Shown piece after piece: positions 43,229-56,654 of a stretch of DNA of 64,000 bases. A program made the translations under genes and the position numbers. Each line of letters starts with the position of its first letter. Position 1 is the stretch's first letter. The DNA lies in the NCBI GenBank assembly GCA_963727485.1, contig CAVSGM010000011.1, positions 512,001 through 576,000 on the forward strand, written 5' to 3'. The notes under the pieces are model-generated. The model was given only the letters and a program-made list of their open reading frames with translations. It did no database searches and had not been told where the DNA came from. The DNA is from an uncultured delta proteobacterium. Lineage in GTDB: Bacteria > Myxococcota > Myxococcia > SLRQ01.

Positions 43229-45199
43229 GTGTCCGACGCCTCTGCAGCCCATCCAGTACGGCCGGTACCAGCTCATCAAGAAGCTCGCCGCCGGTGGCAT
43301 GGCCCAGGTGTGGCTGGCGCGCCAGTCCGGGATGCAGGGCTTCGAGAAGCTCCTGGTGATCAAGCAGGTGCTCCCGCACCTGGCGGACACCGACGAGTTC
43401 ATCACCATGTTCCTCGACGAGGCGCGCCTCGCCGCGCGCCTCGACCACCCCAACGTGGTGCAGGTCTTCGATCTGGGGCAGGAGGACGACACCCTCTACA
43501 TCGCCATGGAGTACATCCACGGCGAGGACCTCCGGCGCATCGACAAGGCCTCCCGCGAGAAGCGGCGCCCCATCCCCGTGCCCCTGGTGTGCCGGATCAT
43601 CGCCGACGCCGCCGCGGGCCTCCACTACGCCCACGCCCTCAAGGATGCCCGGGGCGAGTCCCTGGGCATCGTCCACCGCGACGTGTCGCCCCAGAACATC
43701 CTGGTGACCTTCGATGGCGGGGTGAAGGTCGTCGACTTCGGGATCGCCAAGGCGGCGAACAAGGCCAACAAGACCCGCTCCGGGGTCCTCAAGGGCAAGT
43801 ACGCCTACATGTCGCCGGAGCAGGCGTCGGGCAAGGAGATCGACAGCCGCACCGACGTCTTCGCCCTGGGCATCATGCTCCACGAGCTCCTGACCGGGCA
43901 GCGCCTCTTCAAGCGCAAGAGCGAGATCCTCACCCTCCACGCGGTGGTGCGCTGCGAGGTGGTGCCCCCGAGCAAGCTCAACCCGGTGGTCCCCGCGGGC
44001 CTCGACCCCATCGTGATGAAGGCCCTGGCCCAGGACCGCGAGGATCGCTTCGCCTCCGCCCAGACCTTCGAGCTCGCCCTCGAGGACTTCCTGCTTTCGC
44101 TGGGCCAGCCCTCGTCCAACGCCCACCTCGCCGTCTACATGCGCGAGGTCTTCGCCGACCGCCTCGACGTCGAGGCCCGGGACGGCGGCCCGGCGGCCTA
44201 CCTCGCCGGCCGCGGGGGGACGGGCTCGGGATCGGTGGGCCTCCTCGGTGAGACCCCCTCGCGCACCGGCGGCGGCTCGGCGTCCATCGAGTCGGTGTCC
44301 CGGGGCCGGGTGGAGGCGGCGGCACCGGGCACGGCGGTGGGCGCCCCGACCACCGGGGGCACCGTGAACCTCGGGCCCGCCCGGGGGTGATCCCGGCGAC
44401 CGGCGCCGCGGCCGAGGAGCCCAGCCAGCACAGCGCCTCCCGACTCGCCGAGGGGATGCACCGGCGCCGGCGGGTGTTCATCGGCGGGGTGCTCGGCGGC
44501 GTCGCCGTCGCCGGCCTGATGGCGGCGCTCCTGCTCTTCGGGCACCGGCCCGGGACCGGCGGCGCCGAGGTCTCCTCGGTGGGCCCCGCCGGCGCGGGGC
44601 AGGGGACGCCGCCCAAGCCCGCGACCGCCCTGGGCAGGCCCCGGGCGACGCCGCACCCGGCACCCGACCGCGCGGCGCCCGACCGCGCGGCGCCCGCGCC
44701 CGCGGACCATCCCGCCGGGGGCACCGAGGTGGCCGCCGCCGACCCCCACGGCCACCCGCCGGCCCCGCCCAAGGTCCACCCCCGGCCCCACGGTCGCCTC
44801 GAGGTCGCCATCCAGCCCAAGACGGCGAAGGTGGCCCTCCGCCGCGAGGGCCGCTGGCGGCCGGTCGGGGCCTCGACCCGTCTGCCCCCGGGCCGCTACC
44901 CGGTGCGCATCGTCCTCCCCGACGGCTCGACCCGGAGCCGGACGGTGACGGTGGCGGCCGGGCGCACGGCGCACCTCACCCAGGCCTTCCACCGGGGCAA
45001 GGTCCAGGTGCTCATCTACCCCTTCGGCACCGGCGGCACCGTGCGCAGCGGCGGCAAGGTCGTGGGAACCCTGCCCGGTCCGGCGATCCCCCTCTACGAG
45101 GGCCCCCACGACCTGGCGATCACCATCCAGGGCCGGGGCGTGGTGCACCGCTCGGTGACGGTGAAGGCCGGGGCCACCCAGAAGATCGTCCTGAAGTAG
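43229..45199 (+). CDS. Membrane Hanks-type Ser/Thr kinase with PEGA-like C-terminus (frameshifts ~43232 and ~44385)
   Basis: YGRYQLIKKLAAGGMA, VIK, HRDVSPQN, DFG, YMSPEQ, DVFALG. TM and PEGA-like part lie in ORF 44387-45199. Confidence 0.85.
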
Positions 45200-45303
45200 G
45201 GGCTGGCACCGCGGCCCCTCGACGGACGGCAACGGGCCCGGCGTCTCCACCGGGCCCGCTTGGAACCCGCCCCGCCTGGGGACGGGCAGTCTGCCGCCGA
45301 GGC

Positions 45304-47205
<1,902 letters not shown>

Positions 47206-47289
47206 TGCCGATTCGCCTCCGAGGTGCGGGCGGTAGAGTTCGTGATTACGGGATCTTGCCGCTCCTCCGCGGCGCGACGGAAAGTAACC

Positions 47290-47949
47290 ATGGCCCACAG
47301 GACGTCAAGGACGCGGAATCTGGCCCCGGTTGTGGCCCTCGCCCTGGCCCTCGCCGGGTGCCGGAGCGGGCCCGACAACGCCTGCCTGAAGCAGGCCGGG
47401 CCGGTGGTCGACCGGGTGGTGAAGGCCGTGGCCGACCACCAGGGGTGCGCCACCGACGCCGACTGCCACCTGGTCGACCCGAGCCTCCCCTGCGCAAAGC
47501 TCTGCCCGGCGGCGACCAGCGACCCGGCGGCGGTGGCGAGGGCGGTGGCCAGCGCCGCCAAGGACTGCCCGGACTGCACCCTCCAGAGCACCTGTGCCAG
47601 CACCGTGGCCTACTGCGATCAGACCGCCGGCCTCTGCGACACCTGCCGGGACACCGGGCAGGTCGGTGACCACCGCACTCCCGGGGACGACTGCTGGGCC
47701 CCGCCGGTCCACCGGTGCGCCGACGTGGACCCCTCCGCGCCCACCGTCTGGGCCTGCCCCCCGGCCGGGGCCACCGGCGACTGCTGCCGCTACGACCGGG
47801 GGTGCCTGCCCTGCGGCTGGAGCGACTGCAGCGCCAATCCCACCGCCACCGGCTGCGCCACCGTGGGGACCGCCACCGACGGTGGGACGCCCGCGTGCCC
47901 CACCGTACCCCATGGTACCGTCTGCTTCGACGCCGAGCGCTACCCGTGA
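47290..47949 (+). CDS. Cys-rich lipoprotein
   Basis: Lipobox LALAG-C; CATDADC and further Cys units. Confidence 0.7.
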   Translation: MAHRTSRTRNLAPVVALALALAGCRSGPDNACLKQAGPVVDRVVKAVADHQGCATDADCHLVDPSLPCAKLCPAATSDPAAVARAVASAAKDCPDCTLQSTCASTVAYCDQTAGLCDTCRDTGQVGDHRTPGDDCWAPPVHRCADVDPSAPTVWACPPAGATGDCCRYDRGCLPCGWSDCSANPTATGCATVGTATDGGTPACPTVPHGTVCFDAERYP

Positions 47950-47968
47950 CCGGCGTCACACTTTTTCC

Positions 47969-47994
47969 GTAACCCCCCCAGGGGCATGAGCGAA
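47969..47994 (+). promoter_or_regulatory. ECF16/SigF-type promoter motif GTAACC-N16-CGAA
   Basis: Exact GTAACC (47969-74), 16 nt, CGAA (47991-94) at the head of an ECF/NrsF pair. Confidence 0.55.
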
Positions 47995-48573
47995 CCCAAG
48001 GACAACGACCGGGAGGCCCAGGCGGCCGCCCTGATGGTCCGCTACCAGCGCGGCGAGGCCCGGGCCTTCGACGCCCTCACCGCCCTGGTGGGGCCGACCC
48101 TCTTCCGCTTCTTCGCTCACAGCACTCCCGACCGGGAGAACGCCGAGGACCTCTACCAGGAGACCTGGCTCAAGGTGCACCACGCCCGCCACACCTACCG
48201 GCCCGGGGAGCCGCTGATGCCCTGGCTCTACGGCATCGCGCGCCACGTGGGCGCCGACCACCGGCGGCGCTACGCCCGGCACCACCGGCGGGTCGAGGCC
48301 GCCGAGCAGGTGGCCCGGATCGAGGCCCCGGTGGCCGGGAGCCCGCCGCCCGCCGCCGACGGAAAGGTGGAGGCCGCCCAGCTCCTCGAGCTCGCCATGG
48401 AGGGGCTCCCCGAGACCCAACGCGAGGCGCTGATCCTCCTGAAGGTCGAGGGGCTCTCGGTCGAGGAGGCGGCCCGGATCGCCGGCACCTCCCCCGGGGC
48501 CCTCAAGGTCCGCGCCCACCGCGCCTACGCCCGCATCCGCGCCCGCATCGCCGCCCTCGGAGACACCCCGTGA
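47986..48573 (+). CDS. ECF RNA polymerase sigma factor
   Basis: AEDLYQETWL, WLYGIARH, LPETQRE..EGLSVEE..ALKVRAHRA. Confidence 0.92.
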   Translation: MSEPKDNDREAQAAALMVRYQRGEARAFDALTALVGPTLFRFFAHSTPDRENAEDLYQETWLKVHHARHTYRPGEPLMPWLYGIARHVGADHRRRYARHHRRVEAAEQVARIEAPVAGSPPPAADGKVEAAQLLELAMEGLPETQREALILLKVEGLSVEEAARIAGTSPGALKVRAHRAYARIRARIAALGDTP

Positions 48574-49322
48574 CCGCCCCCGACCCCGACATCCTCGAGG
48601 GCCTCGACGCCGGGATCGCCGCCTGGCGGGACGAGGTGCCGCCCCCGGTCACCGGGCGGGTGCACGCGGCGGTTCACCACGACGCCGCGGCGGTGCGACC
48701 CCTGTGGCCGGCGTGGGTCCGGTTCCTGGTGGCCGCGGCGGTGGGGGCGGGGAACGCCGCCGGCATCACCCTGGTGATGATGCACCCCTCGTGGCAGGCC
48801 CTCCTCGCCCGGGGACTCCCGGGCTGGTACTGGGTGACCACCCTGCTCGCCTGGGCCGGCGCCGCCCTGGTCCTCACCTGGATGGCGGTCCACGAGGCGG
48901 ACCCCCGGGTCCCGGTGCGCTCCACCTCGCGCTTCGTCGCCGGCCTGGCGCTGGTGGCCGGCTTCGCCGCCGTGGCCCTCGGCACCGAGCTGATGCGCGC
49001 CGGCCACCTCGAGGGCGCCGGCCCCGCCTACCTCCACCACGGGATGCACTGCCTCACCCTGGGCACGGTCTTCGAGGTGCTGCCGGTGGCGGTGATCCTG
49101 GCCCTCGTCGCCCGGGGGATGCCCTTCCACCCGGTGCGCGCCGGCATCCTGGCCGGGCTGGCCTGCGGCGCCTGGTCCCTGCTCCTCCTGGAGCTCGGCT
49201 GCCCGGACACCCGGGTGGTCCACGCCATCCCCTTCCACCTCGGGGTCGCCGGGGTGTGGGCGCTCCTCGGCGCCGGGGTGGGGGGGCTGCTCGCCTGGCG
49301 CCAGCGCCGCCGGGCGGCCTGA
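48570..49322 (+). CDS. NrsF/DUF1109-like anti-sigma factor
   Basis: About six TM segments with conserved-type Cys (MHCL, LGCP) and 'FH' near the C-terminus; coupled to the ECF sigma. Confidence 0.75.
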   Translation: MTAPDPDILEGLDAGIAAWRDEVPPPVTGRVHAAVHHDAAAVRPLWPAWVRFLVAAAVGAGNAAGITLVMMHPSWQALLARGLPGWYWVTTLLAWAGAALVLTWMAVHEADPRVPVRSTSRFVAGLALVAGFAAVALGTELMRAGHLEGAGPAYLHHGMHCLTLGTVFEVLPVAVILALVARGMPFHPVRAGILAGLACGAWSLLLLELGCPDTRVVHAIPFHLGVAGVWALLGAGVGGLLAWRQRRRAA

Positions 49323-49410
49323 GCCCTTCCCAGGCTACGCTCCCGTGCTACGCTCGGGCCCGGCGCCAGGCGGGCGCCGTCGCGAGAACCCCGGGGGGAG
49401 CCAAGCGATC

Positions 49411-49819
49411 ATGAAGCTCGAACGTGAAGAGGTCAGAGGCATCTTCGGGGTCCTGGTGCACACCATGGACCTCGACCATGAGCGCTCCCAGGACGAGCGC
49501 CACTTCCTCCTGCGCTTCCTCGAGGCCATCGGCCGCGACGCCGAGGAGCTCGAGGTCATCCTCCGCGAGGTCCGGGAGCACCCGGACATGGAGTGGCACG
49601 TGGAGCGCATCCGCTCCCGCAAGGGCCGCATCTACGCCCTGCAGCAGGCGCTCCTCCTGGCGCTCTCCGACGGCCACTACAAGGTCGTGGAGCGCGCCGG
49701 GCTGGCGAAGCTCGCCGACCGCCTGGGGGTGGACGAGGTCCTCTTCGAGGATTCTGGAGCGCTGGGCCCTCGAGGGGGCGGGGTGGCAGATCCGGGGGGC
49801 GGCGCTCCTCGCCCGCTAG
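49411..49819 (+). CDS. TerB-like protein (frameshift ~49752)
   Basis: Helical TerB-like pattern (LALSDGHY...ER..L..LA..LGV). The C-terminus EDLERWALEG is restored by removing one T. Confidence 0.6.
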
Positions 49820-49822
49820 GTC

Positions 49823-50284
49823 ATGTACCGGCGCATCCTGGTCCCCGTGGACTTCTCCGAGCACGGGCGGCGGGCCATGGAGCACGCGGTGGCGCTCGCC
49901 CGGGCGGTGGGGGCCGAGGTGGTGCTCTTCCACGCCTTCGAGCGGCCCACGCCGCCCAAGATGCCGGCCACCGACGCCAAGCTCCGGGCCTACCTCGCCG
50001 AGGCGGTCGAGGACGCCCGGACCCGCCTGACGCACCTCGCGGCGGCCCAGGAGGGCGTCGGGGTCCGGGCCCTCACCGTCGAGGGGCGCCCGGCCGAGGA
50101 GATCCTCGCCGCCCTCCGGGACGAGGCATGCGACCTGGTGTGCATGGGCTCCCATGGCCGCGGGGCCCTCGCCGAGGTCCTCATGGGCAGCGTCACCGAG
50201 CGGGTGCTCCACCACGCGCCCTGCCCGGTGCTGGTGGTCCGGCCCCCGGCGCAGGACGGGGACGCCGGCGGCGACGAGGGGTAG
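49823..50284 (+). CDS. Universal stress protein
   Basis: RRILVPVDFSE, MGSHGRG..LMGSV.ERVL..APCPVLVV. Confidence 0.93.
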   Translation: MYRRILVPVDFSEHGRRAMEHAVALARAVGAEVVLFHAFERPTPPKMPATDAKLRAYLAEAVEDARTRLTHLAAAQEGVGVRALTVEGRPAEEILAALRDEACDLVCMGSHGRGALAEVLMGSVTERVLHHAPCPVLVVRPPAQDGDAGGDEG

Positions 50285-50335
50285 GGCGGGGGCGGGCGCA
50301 TTTGCCAAAGGTCCGGGGTCTGGCAGACTCGGGCC

Positions 50336-50794
50336 ATGCGGCGCCTCCCGATCCTCCTCGTCCCCCTCGTGATCCTCGGCCTCGCCGGGTGCCCCCAGAA
50401 GGCCCATGGGCCCGTGGGGCACGCCAGGCCCCAGATGGCCGTGGTCGAGTGGCTCTCCGCCGTCGACGGCGGTGACTTCGATCGGGCCGCGGCCCTGGCG
50501 CCCCCGGACGTCCCCGAGGCCAAGCGCAAGATCCTGGTGGAGACCCTCGCCGAGCGGTTCTCCGGGGTCCACCGGGTCAACGACGCGCCCTTCGCCCTCT
50601 CGCCTCCCCAGGAGGGGAAGATCCGCGTCCGGGTGACCCTCGACTACCCGGGGCGGGGCAAGGTCGCCCAGGCGCTGACCCTCCGGAAGATCGGCGGCAA
50701 GTGGTACGTGCTCCCGCCGCCGCCGCCCACGCGGCCGGCGCCCGCGGCGAAGAAGACCAAGGCGGCCCCGGCCCCGGCGCCCAAGGGCGGGTGA
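50336..50794 (+). CDS. Lipoprotein (NTF2/DUF4878-like)
   Basis: Lipobox LGLAG-C; ...LRKIGGKWYV. Confidence 0.65.
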   Translation: MRRLPILLVPLVILGLAGCPQKAHGPVGHARPQMAVVEWLSAVDGGDFDRAAALAPPDVPEAKRKILVETLAERFSGVHRVNDAPFALSPPQEGKIRVRVTLDYPGRGKVAQALTLRKIGGKWYVLPPPPPTRPAPAAKKTKAAPAPAPKGG

Positions 50795-52252
50795 GGGTGG
50801 CGCGCGCGGATCCCGAGCCGGCGTCCCTGCGCCCGGTCCGCTTCCCGGTCCGGGTGAAGCTCGCCCTCTTCGTGGCCGGGGTGGTCCTCCTCGCCGGAGG
50901 GGTCCCCGCGGGGTGGCTGGTCCTCCACGCCCGGGCGCAGGCGTCGGCGCGCATCCACGCGCAGCTCTTCCGCCTCGGGGCCACCATCGCCGGCGGCGGC
51001 CTCTTCGTCGACGGCCAGGGTGGGGTCGACGGCGGCGCCCTGCGCGACTTCGTGGACAACGCCCCGGCCCTGCGCCTGCCGCTGGTCTACGTGGTCTTCG
51101 TGGGCCCCGAGGGCCGGCCCGATCCCGCGCGGTCGGCGGTGAACGCAAAGGCCCTGGCCCCGGTGGCGCCGGCGCTGGCGGCCAGGTGGCGCGCCGGCGA
51201 CCACCCGGCGGTCCTCGCGGCCCTGGCCACCGGGAGCCCCGGGCCCGGACGCCGCCGCCCTCGGGGTGCGGCTCAAGTCCAAGGCCGGCGCGACCCTCGG
51301 CCACCTCCAAATCGGCATGTCCACCGTCGAGGCGGATCGCCGCGCCCGGGCGACCCTCCGCCAGAGCGCCGGGATCGTCGGCGCGCTCCTCCTCGGGGCC
51401 CTGCTCCTCGCCATCTCCCTCGCCGGACCCCTGGTGCGTCCCCTCTCGCGCCTGGCCAAGGCCATGGCCGCGGTCACCGAGGGCGACCTCGACCAGACCG
51501 TCCTCATCCGCACCCGGGACGAGGTCGGGCGCCTGGGGGAGACCTTCAACGACATGGTCGCCGGCCTTCGGCAGCGGGAGCGCCTCCGCGCCACCCTCGG
51601 GCGCTACGTCTCCGACGAGGTGGCCAGCCGGATCCTCTCCGAGGCCGACGACCTCGACGTCCACGGCGAGACCCGGACGGTGACCGTCCTCTTCCTCGAC
51701 ATGCGCGGCTTCAGCAGCCTCACCGAGCACATGGCCCCCCGGGAGGTCCTGGAGCTCATCAACGCCTACTTCGACATCATCATCGACTGCGTCACCGAGG
51801 CCCAGGGGATGGTGAACAAGTTCATCGGCGACGCGGTGATGGCGGTGTGGGGCGCGCCGCGGCCCATCGCCGACCCGGAGCTCAAGGCGATCCGGTGCGC
51901 CTACGCGATCCAGAAGCGCCTGGGGGCGCACAACTGGCAGCGGCTCCAGTCGGGGCTCCCGGTGGTGAACGTGGGCATCGGCATCAACACCGGGACGGCG
52001 GTGGCCGGCAACGTCGGCACCGAGCGGCGCCTGGAGTACACGGTGCTCGGCCACGAGGTGAACATGGCCCAGCGCCTGGAGAGCATCGCCCAGCCCGGGC
52101 AAATCCTCGTCAGCGCCCGGACCTTCGAGGCGGTGCGGGGGCGGGTGACGGCCCAGCCCCTGGATCCGGTGCGGGTGAAGGGAAAGCAGGAGCCGGTGGT
52201 ACCCTTCGAGATCACGGGCCTCGAGGATGGGGCCGACGCGGAAGCGGGGTAG
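50791..52252 (+). CDS. Membrane class III adenylate cyclase with HAMP domain (frameshift ~51245)
   Basis: TM-periplasmic-TM-HAMP (RDEVGRLGETFNDM), LFLDMRGF, NKFIGD, GIGINTG, YTVLGHEVNMAQRLE. Confidence 0.87.
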
Positions 52253-52255
52253 GGC

Positions 52256-53224
52256 ATGCAGGCAAGACACGGAATCACCCTCGGGCTCTCGGTCCTCCTC
52301 CTGGCGGCGGGCTGCAAGGGCGGGGGCCCCGGGGCGGCGGACGGGGGCGGCGAGATGACCATCGTCGTCTCCTCCGACGCCCACCTGAAGAAGAAGGAGG
52401 CCCAGCTCGCCACCCAGCGCCAGCACCTCGAGGGCGAGCGCAGCCGGCTGCTCGCCGAGCGGGAGAAGCTCATCTCCCAAATCCAGGGCGGCGCCGACAC
52501 CAAGACCCTGGTGAAGCTCCAGCAGACCCTGCTGGCCCGGGAGAAGCGCCTGGCGGCGGAGCAGGACGCCCTCGACCAGCAGCGCGCCGAGGTGGCCAGG
52601 CAGCGCGACGCCCTGGTGGGGCAGGCGGCGCCCCAGGACCGGGCGGCGTCGCTCCCGGCGCGGGAGGCGGCCGTGGCCCGGCGGGAGGCCGACGTCTCCG
52701 CCCGGGAGAAGGACGTCGCCGCCCGGGAGAAGGCGGTGGCCCGGCGCGAGGCGCGCCTGGCGGTGCGCGAGCAGGCCCTGGCGGTCCAGGAGAGCCTGCC
52801 GCCCCTGGTGGCGCCGGGCGGTGGGGGCGGCGGCCAGACGGCGACCCGGGCCCAGGTGGAGAAGGCCCACCGGGCGTTCCGGCAGCTCATGGTGAAGCGT
52901 GGGATCCTCCCCGGCGACCTGCCCCCGGACGTGGCGGCCATGGAGCGGCGGTTCTACGTTCTCTCGCGCAAGGGCCGGTGGTCCGAGGCCCTGGACACCG
53001 CCCATGACCTCACCCAGGCCGTCAAGGACGTGCAGGTGAACGAGCACTTCATCCAGGCCAAGATGGCCCGCCTCAACGCCCTGCGCGCCGGGCGCAAGCT
53101 CTCCGGCGCCCAGAGCAAGCAGGTCGAGTCGCTGCTGGCCCAGGCCACCAGCGCCTTCGCCGACGGCCGCCAGTCCGACGCCAACCTCCAGCTCAACCGG
53201 ATGTTCGCCCTCCTCGGCAAGTAG
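52256..53224 (+). CDS. Coiled-coil lipoprotein
   Basis: Lipobox LAAG-C; heptad repeats AREAAVA/RREADVS/AREKDVA/AREKAVA. Confidence 0.75.
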   Translation: MQARHGITLGLSVLLLAAGCKGGGPGAADGGGEMTIVVSSDAHLKKKEAQLATQRQHLEGERSRLLAEREKLISQIQGGADTKTLVKLQQTLLAREKRLAAEQDALDQQRAEVARQRDALVGQAAPQDRAASLPAREAAVARREADVSAREKDVAAREKAVARREARLAVREQALAVQESLPPLVAPGGGGGGQTATRAQVEKAHRAFRQLMVKRGILPGDLPPDVAAMERRFYVLSRKGRWSEALDTAHDLTQAVKDVQVNEHFIQAKMARLNALRAGRKLSGAQSKQVESLLAQATSAFADGRQSDANLQLNRMFALLGK

Positions 53225-53255
53225 CCCCAACGCCCCGCACCCCACCTCCCCCGCC

Positions 53256-53780
53256 ATGGCCCGCCGCACGCTCAAGGTCGCCCGGAACCTCTCCTTCGTC
53301 CGCAGCCTCCGCTGGGTGCTCTGGGGGCTGCTCGCCCTCTCGGTGCTGCTCACCGTCCTCGGGCCGCCGACGTGGCTCGTGCGCGACGTGGACACCGGGC
53401 GCCTCTCACGCCTGGTGCTCCTGGGGCCCACGGTGCTCTTCTCGGTCTTCGTGGTGGCGTTTGCGGTCTACCGCTTCGCCCTGGTCCGGGCCGGGCGCTA
53501 CAACGCGGGCAAGGCCTTCCTCCAGGTGGGCCTCTCGGCGCTGGTGCTGCTCTTCATGGTCCCCCAGGGGTTGCAGCGCTACCGCGAGGCCGGGGGCGAG
53601 GCCCTGACCCCGGTGGACCTCAGCCCGGTGCTCGGGAGCCCCGATCCCCTGGCCCGGGTGGCGGCCTGCGAGGCCATCGCCGCCCGCCGCGGAGACCCCG
53701 ACGCCCGGGCCCTCGCCCGGCAGCACGCCGACGACGATCCCGACGCCCGGGTCCGCGCCGCCTGCGCCCGGGTCCGGTAG
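53256..53780 (+). CDS. Membrane protein with C-terminal HEAT-like repeat
   Basis: Three TM segments, then DPLARVAACEA...DPDARVR. Confidence 0.7.
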   Translation: MARRTLKVARNLSFVRSLRWVLWGLLALSVLLTVLGPPTWLVRDVDTGRLSRLVLLGPTVLFSVFVVAFAVYRFALVRAGRYNAGKAFLQVGLSALVLLFMVPQGLQRYREAGGEALTPVDLSPVLGSPDPLARVAACEAIAARRGDPDARALARQHADDDPDARVRAACARVR

Positions 53781-53870
53781 GGCCCCGCCCTCGGGGCCCT
53801 GGGGCCGACGCGGCTCCGGCCCAGTGGACGACCCCGGGCGCCTCTGCTATCCGACCTCCGGAACCAGGCC

Positions 53871-54323
53871 ATGCCCGACACCGTCGACCCGCACCCCTAC
53901 GAGACCTTCCGCGACTACCTCGCCGACCAGGGCCTCAAGTCCACCCGACAGCGCGACCTCATCGCCCGGGTGTTCTTCAAGACCGAGTCGCACCTCAACG
54001 TCGACGAGCTGCTCCGCCGGGTGCGCAAGCTGGACCCGCGGATCAGCCAGGCCACGGTCTACCGGACCCTCAAGCTCCTCAAGGCCTCGGGGCTCGCCGA
54101 GGAGCGGCACTTCGGCGACGGCCAGGCGCGCTACGAGGTCGCCGACGAGGGCAACGAGCACCACGACCACCTCATCTGCGTGCGCTGCGGGAAGATCGTC
54201 GAGTTCGTCAACCCGCGGATCGAGGCGCTCCAGGACCAGGTCGCCGCCGAGCACGGCTTCAAGGTGACCCACCACAAGATGGAGCTCTACGGGCTCTGCG
54301 CGGAGTGCCAGGGAGGCCGGTGA
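53871..54323 (+). CDS. fur: Fur family transcriptional regulator
   Basis: TRQR, ATVYRTL, HHDHLICVRCG, LYGLCAEC. Confidence 0.93.
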   Translation: MPDTVDPHPYETFRDYLADQGLKSTRQRDLIARVFFKTESHLNVDELLRRVRKLDPRISQATVYRTLKLLKASGLAEERHFGDGQARYEVADEGNEHHDHLICVRCGKIVEFVNPRIEALQDQVAAEHGFKVTHHKMELYGLCAECQGGR

Positions 54324-54826
54324 CGGCCGCGGCTGCGCCGTGTCGCCCGCTCCGCGCCGTGCGGCCTCCTCCTTGCTCTCTGCAGGGGGTAGTGGCGTCG
54401 ACCCATGTGCAGCATCGAGGCCGCAGCGTCGCCGGGGAGTCGTAGGGCCCAGGCCTGCGACCGATGGCTTGTCTGCCACGCGGCGACGCTGACCGGGGAA
54501 TCCCACCCGGCGCTCCGGGGACGACGAGATGGAATGGTTCGACGCTCGCGGCGGTGGCCTGGAGGCGCAAGGATTGCGCAAGCCCAGGTGCAAGACAGAA
54601 AGGGATACCTCCCTGAAACGACGGTGAAGGCGTCGTCTGCGGACGCAATCGAGCGGTCTCCGTCCCATGAACTGTCTGTGCTTGACTTCGTTACATTGAA
54701 TCAACTAGTAAGAATACCTGGGAGGCTAAAAACCTAATACGTAGTGCTTCATGAAGGAACCCTGTCGGCCGTAGCGTAGTGCGCTGGGCGGGCGACAGGC
54801 TGCTTCAGCTTGCACATGGGGGATTC

Positions 54827-55382
54827 ATGCTACGAGGCACCATCGCGCTGGGAATCCTGTTCGCAACAGGAGTCGTCATCGGTCGTTCGCAGGCGCCAAG
54901 GATCGCGCCGCACGAGGTGACAGGGGAGAGTTCACGGCAGCCCACCTCCGAGCATCTGCTCTGCCGAGGCGGTGCCAAGGCCGCCTTTCAGGTGCACATT
55001 GACCCGGTCTCGTTCCTGACTGGTGTGGCTGGAGACAGGCTCCAGTTCCGGGTCAGGCTTGTCACGACACGCAGGCTTCCGTTGAACGCGCGATACGCGG
55101 TCGAGGTGGTGGACGACCGGGGCCGAGAAATGGTCGCTCCTGGAGCACTCCAGCGACCTGCGCCTGTCCTCCGGCAGCCTCCGCGATCAGACCCGGGCGA
55201 CCCCGGCAAACCTGCCGAACGGGTACTACCTGTTGCGGGTGTCGGCCGCAGCTGCTGGTCCGGACGGGTCCGAAAGTGCCATGGATCAAGTGTACCTGCA
55301 CCAGTCTGCCTCCGGCTTGGACATCCTGGACAGCGACCACTGGTACGCCAACTCCAACGCAAATCAGGGGGTGAAGCTGTGA
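54827..55382 (+). CDS. Hypothetical exported protein (frameshift ~55140), lower-GC region
   Basis: N-terminal hydrophobic segment. The continuation LEHSSDL...LPNGYYLLRV...NQGVKL* is in a second frame and its stop overlaps the next GTG. Confidence 0.55.
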
Positions 55383-56652
55383 GAAGGCTACTCTCCGCGG
55401 CAATGCTGTTTCTCGCCACGACCCTCCCTCCTTTGCTCATGCCAACACCTGCCGCAGCATCCCAGGGAATCATCTCGGGGCGGATCACCCAGTACGAGAA
55501 CGAGGGCAACTACTGCCCAACGTACCGAAACTGCACCGGCGCCAAGTACCTGCAGGCGGACTATCAGACCTACCTGGGGGTTCGCCACGTGATTGTCTAC
55601 ATGCTCGACAGCTCGAGCGGTGCAGTTGTGGGACAAGCCCAGACGGACGACGCTGGCTACTTCTCGATTGGCTGGGTTGACCTGTTCACCACGGGCAACA
55701 TCACGGCATCCCTGCACTGGTCCCCAGAGGATGCCAATGGCAGGTTCGCGGTTCACGATTCGTCGGGCAACCGGTGGGTCATGTGGACCTATGCTTTCAC
55801 TGCGATCTCCGGAGCATCGAATCAGTCCGTTGGTACCTACGGGTGGGGCAGCGCAGCGACGCCGAACGAGATTACAAATGTGTACGATGGGGCTGCTCGG
55901 ATGTGGAACGATGCCCTGGCGCAGTCCAATCGCATGTACTCCTACTTCACCGGAGTGGACATCCGGGCCTTCAGCGACAACGGCGGGCTCTGCAAGACGA
56001 GTTGCGCTATTGGGACCGACAACCGGATCTACCTGAACCCCGGCTCTGCCTACGAACCGGAGGGCCGGGTGATGCATGAGATGGGGCACATTGCATCCTA
56101 CCGAGCCAGCCGGGATCAGAGCTTCTCCCAGTCTCTCGACTACAACTACCCACAGACCGGCAGTGGCGGTGGATGGAGCCTGTCGAGTACCGAGTGGTCG
56201 TCAGCCAGCTTCGAGGAAGGTCTGGCGACCTTCCTTGGTGACGTCGGCCTGTACGGCCAGTCGGCAGTGGAGCCGTATACGTGTGTAAGCCCCTACGTAT
56301 GCGCGACTGGGTTCTTCGACACGGAAACCAGCCTTGGCTCCAACTGCGCGACTGGCGAGGACCGCGAACCCATCAACGTTGTCCGATATCTGCGCGACTC
56401 ATATGACACTCACGTAGACTACGCTGGTGAGACGCTCTCTAGCCCTACTACGCGTTTCTGGACACGATCAACGCCTTCGACAACGGGACGGGCAACCGGC
56501 AGAAGGACGAGCCTCAGTGCTGTGTGCTCGGCATTTGCTGGACCTGCGACCAGGACGGGCGCTCGGCGGTCGACTTCCGTGAGAACTGGAAGACGTGGGG
56601 CACAGACTCGCAGACACAGTGGTCGGACAACTGTGGCCCCACAGGAGACTGA
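55379..56652 (+). CDS. Secreted HExxH zinc-peptidase-like protein (frameshift ~56443), lower-GC region
   Basis: Signal peptide, TDDAGYF beta-domain, MHEMGH and downstream EEGLATF. The C-terminus ...DNCGPTGD* is in a second frame. Confidence 0.65.
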
Positions 56653-56654
56653 GG

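Noticed and set aside
47284..47310. Second ECF promoter at GTAACC upstream of the 47290 lipoprotein
   Set aside because: No CGAA-like -10 element at the 16-nt spacing.
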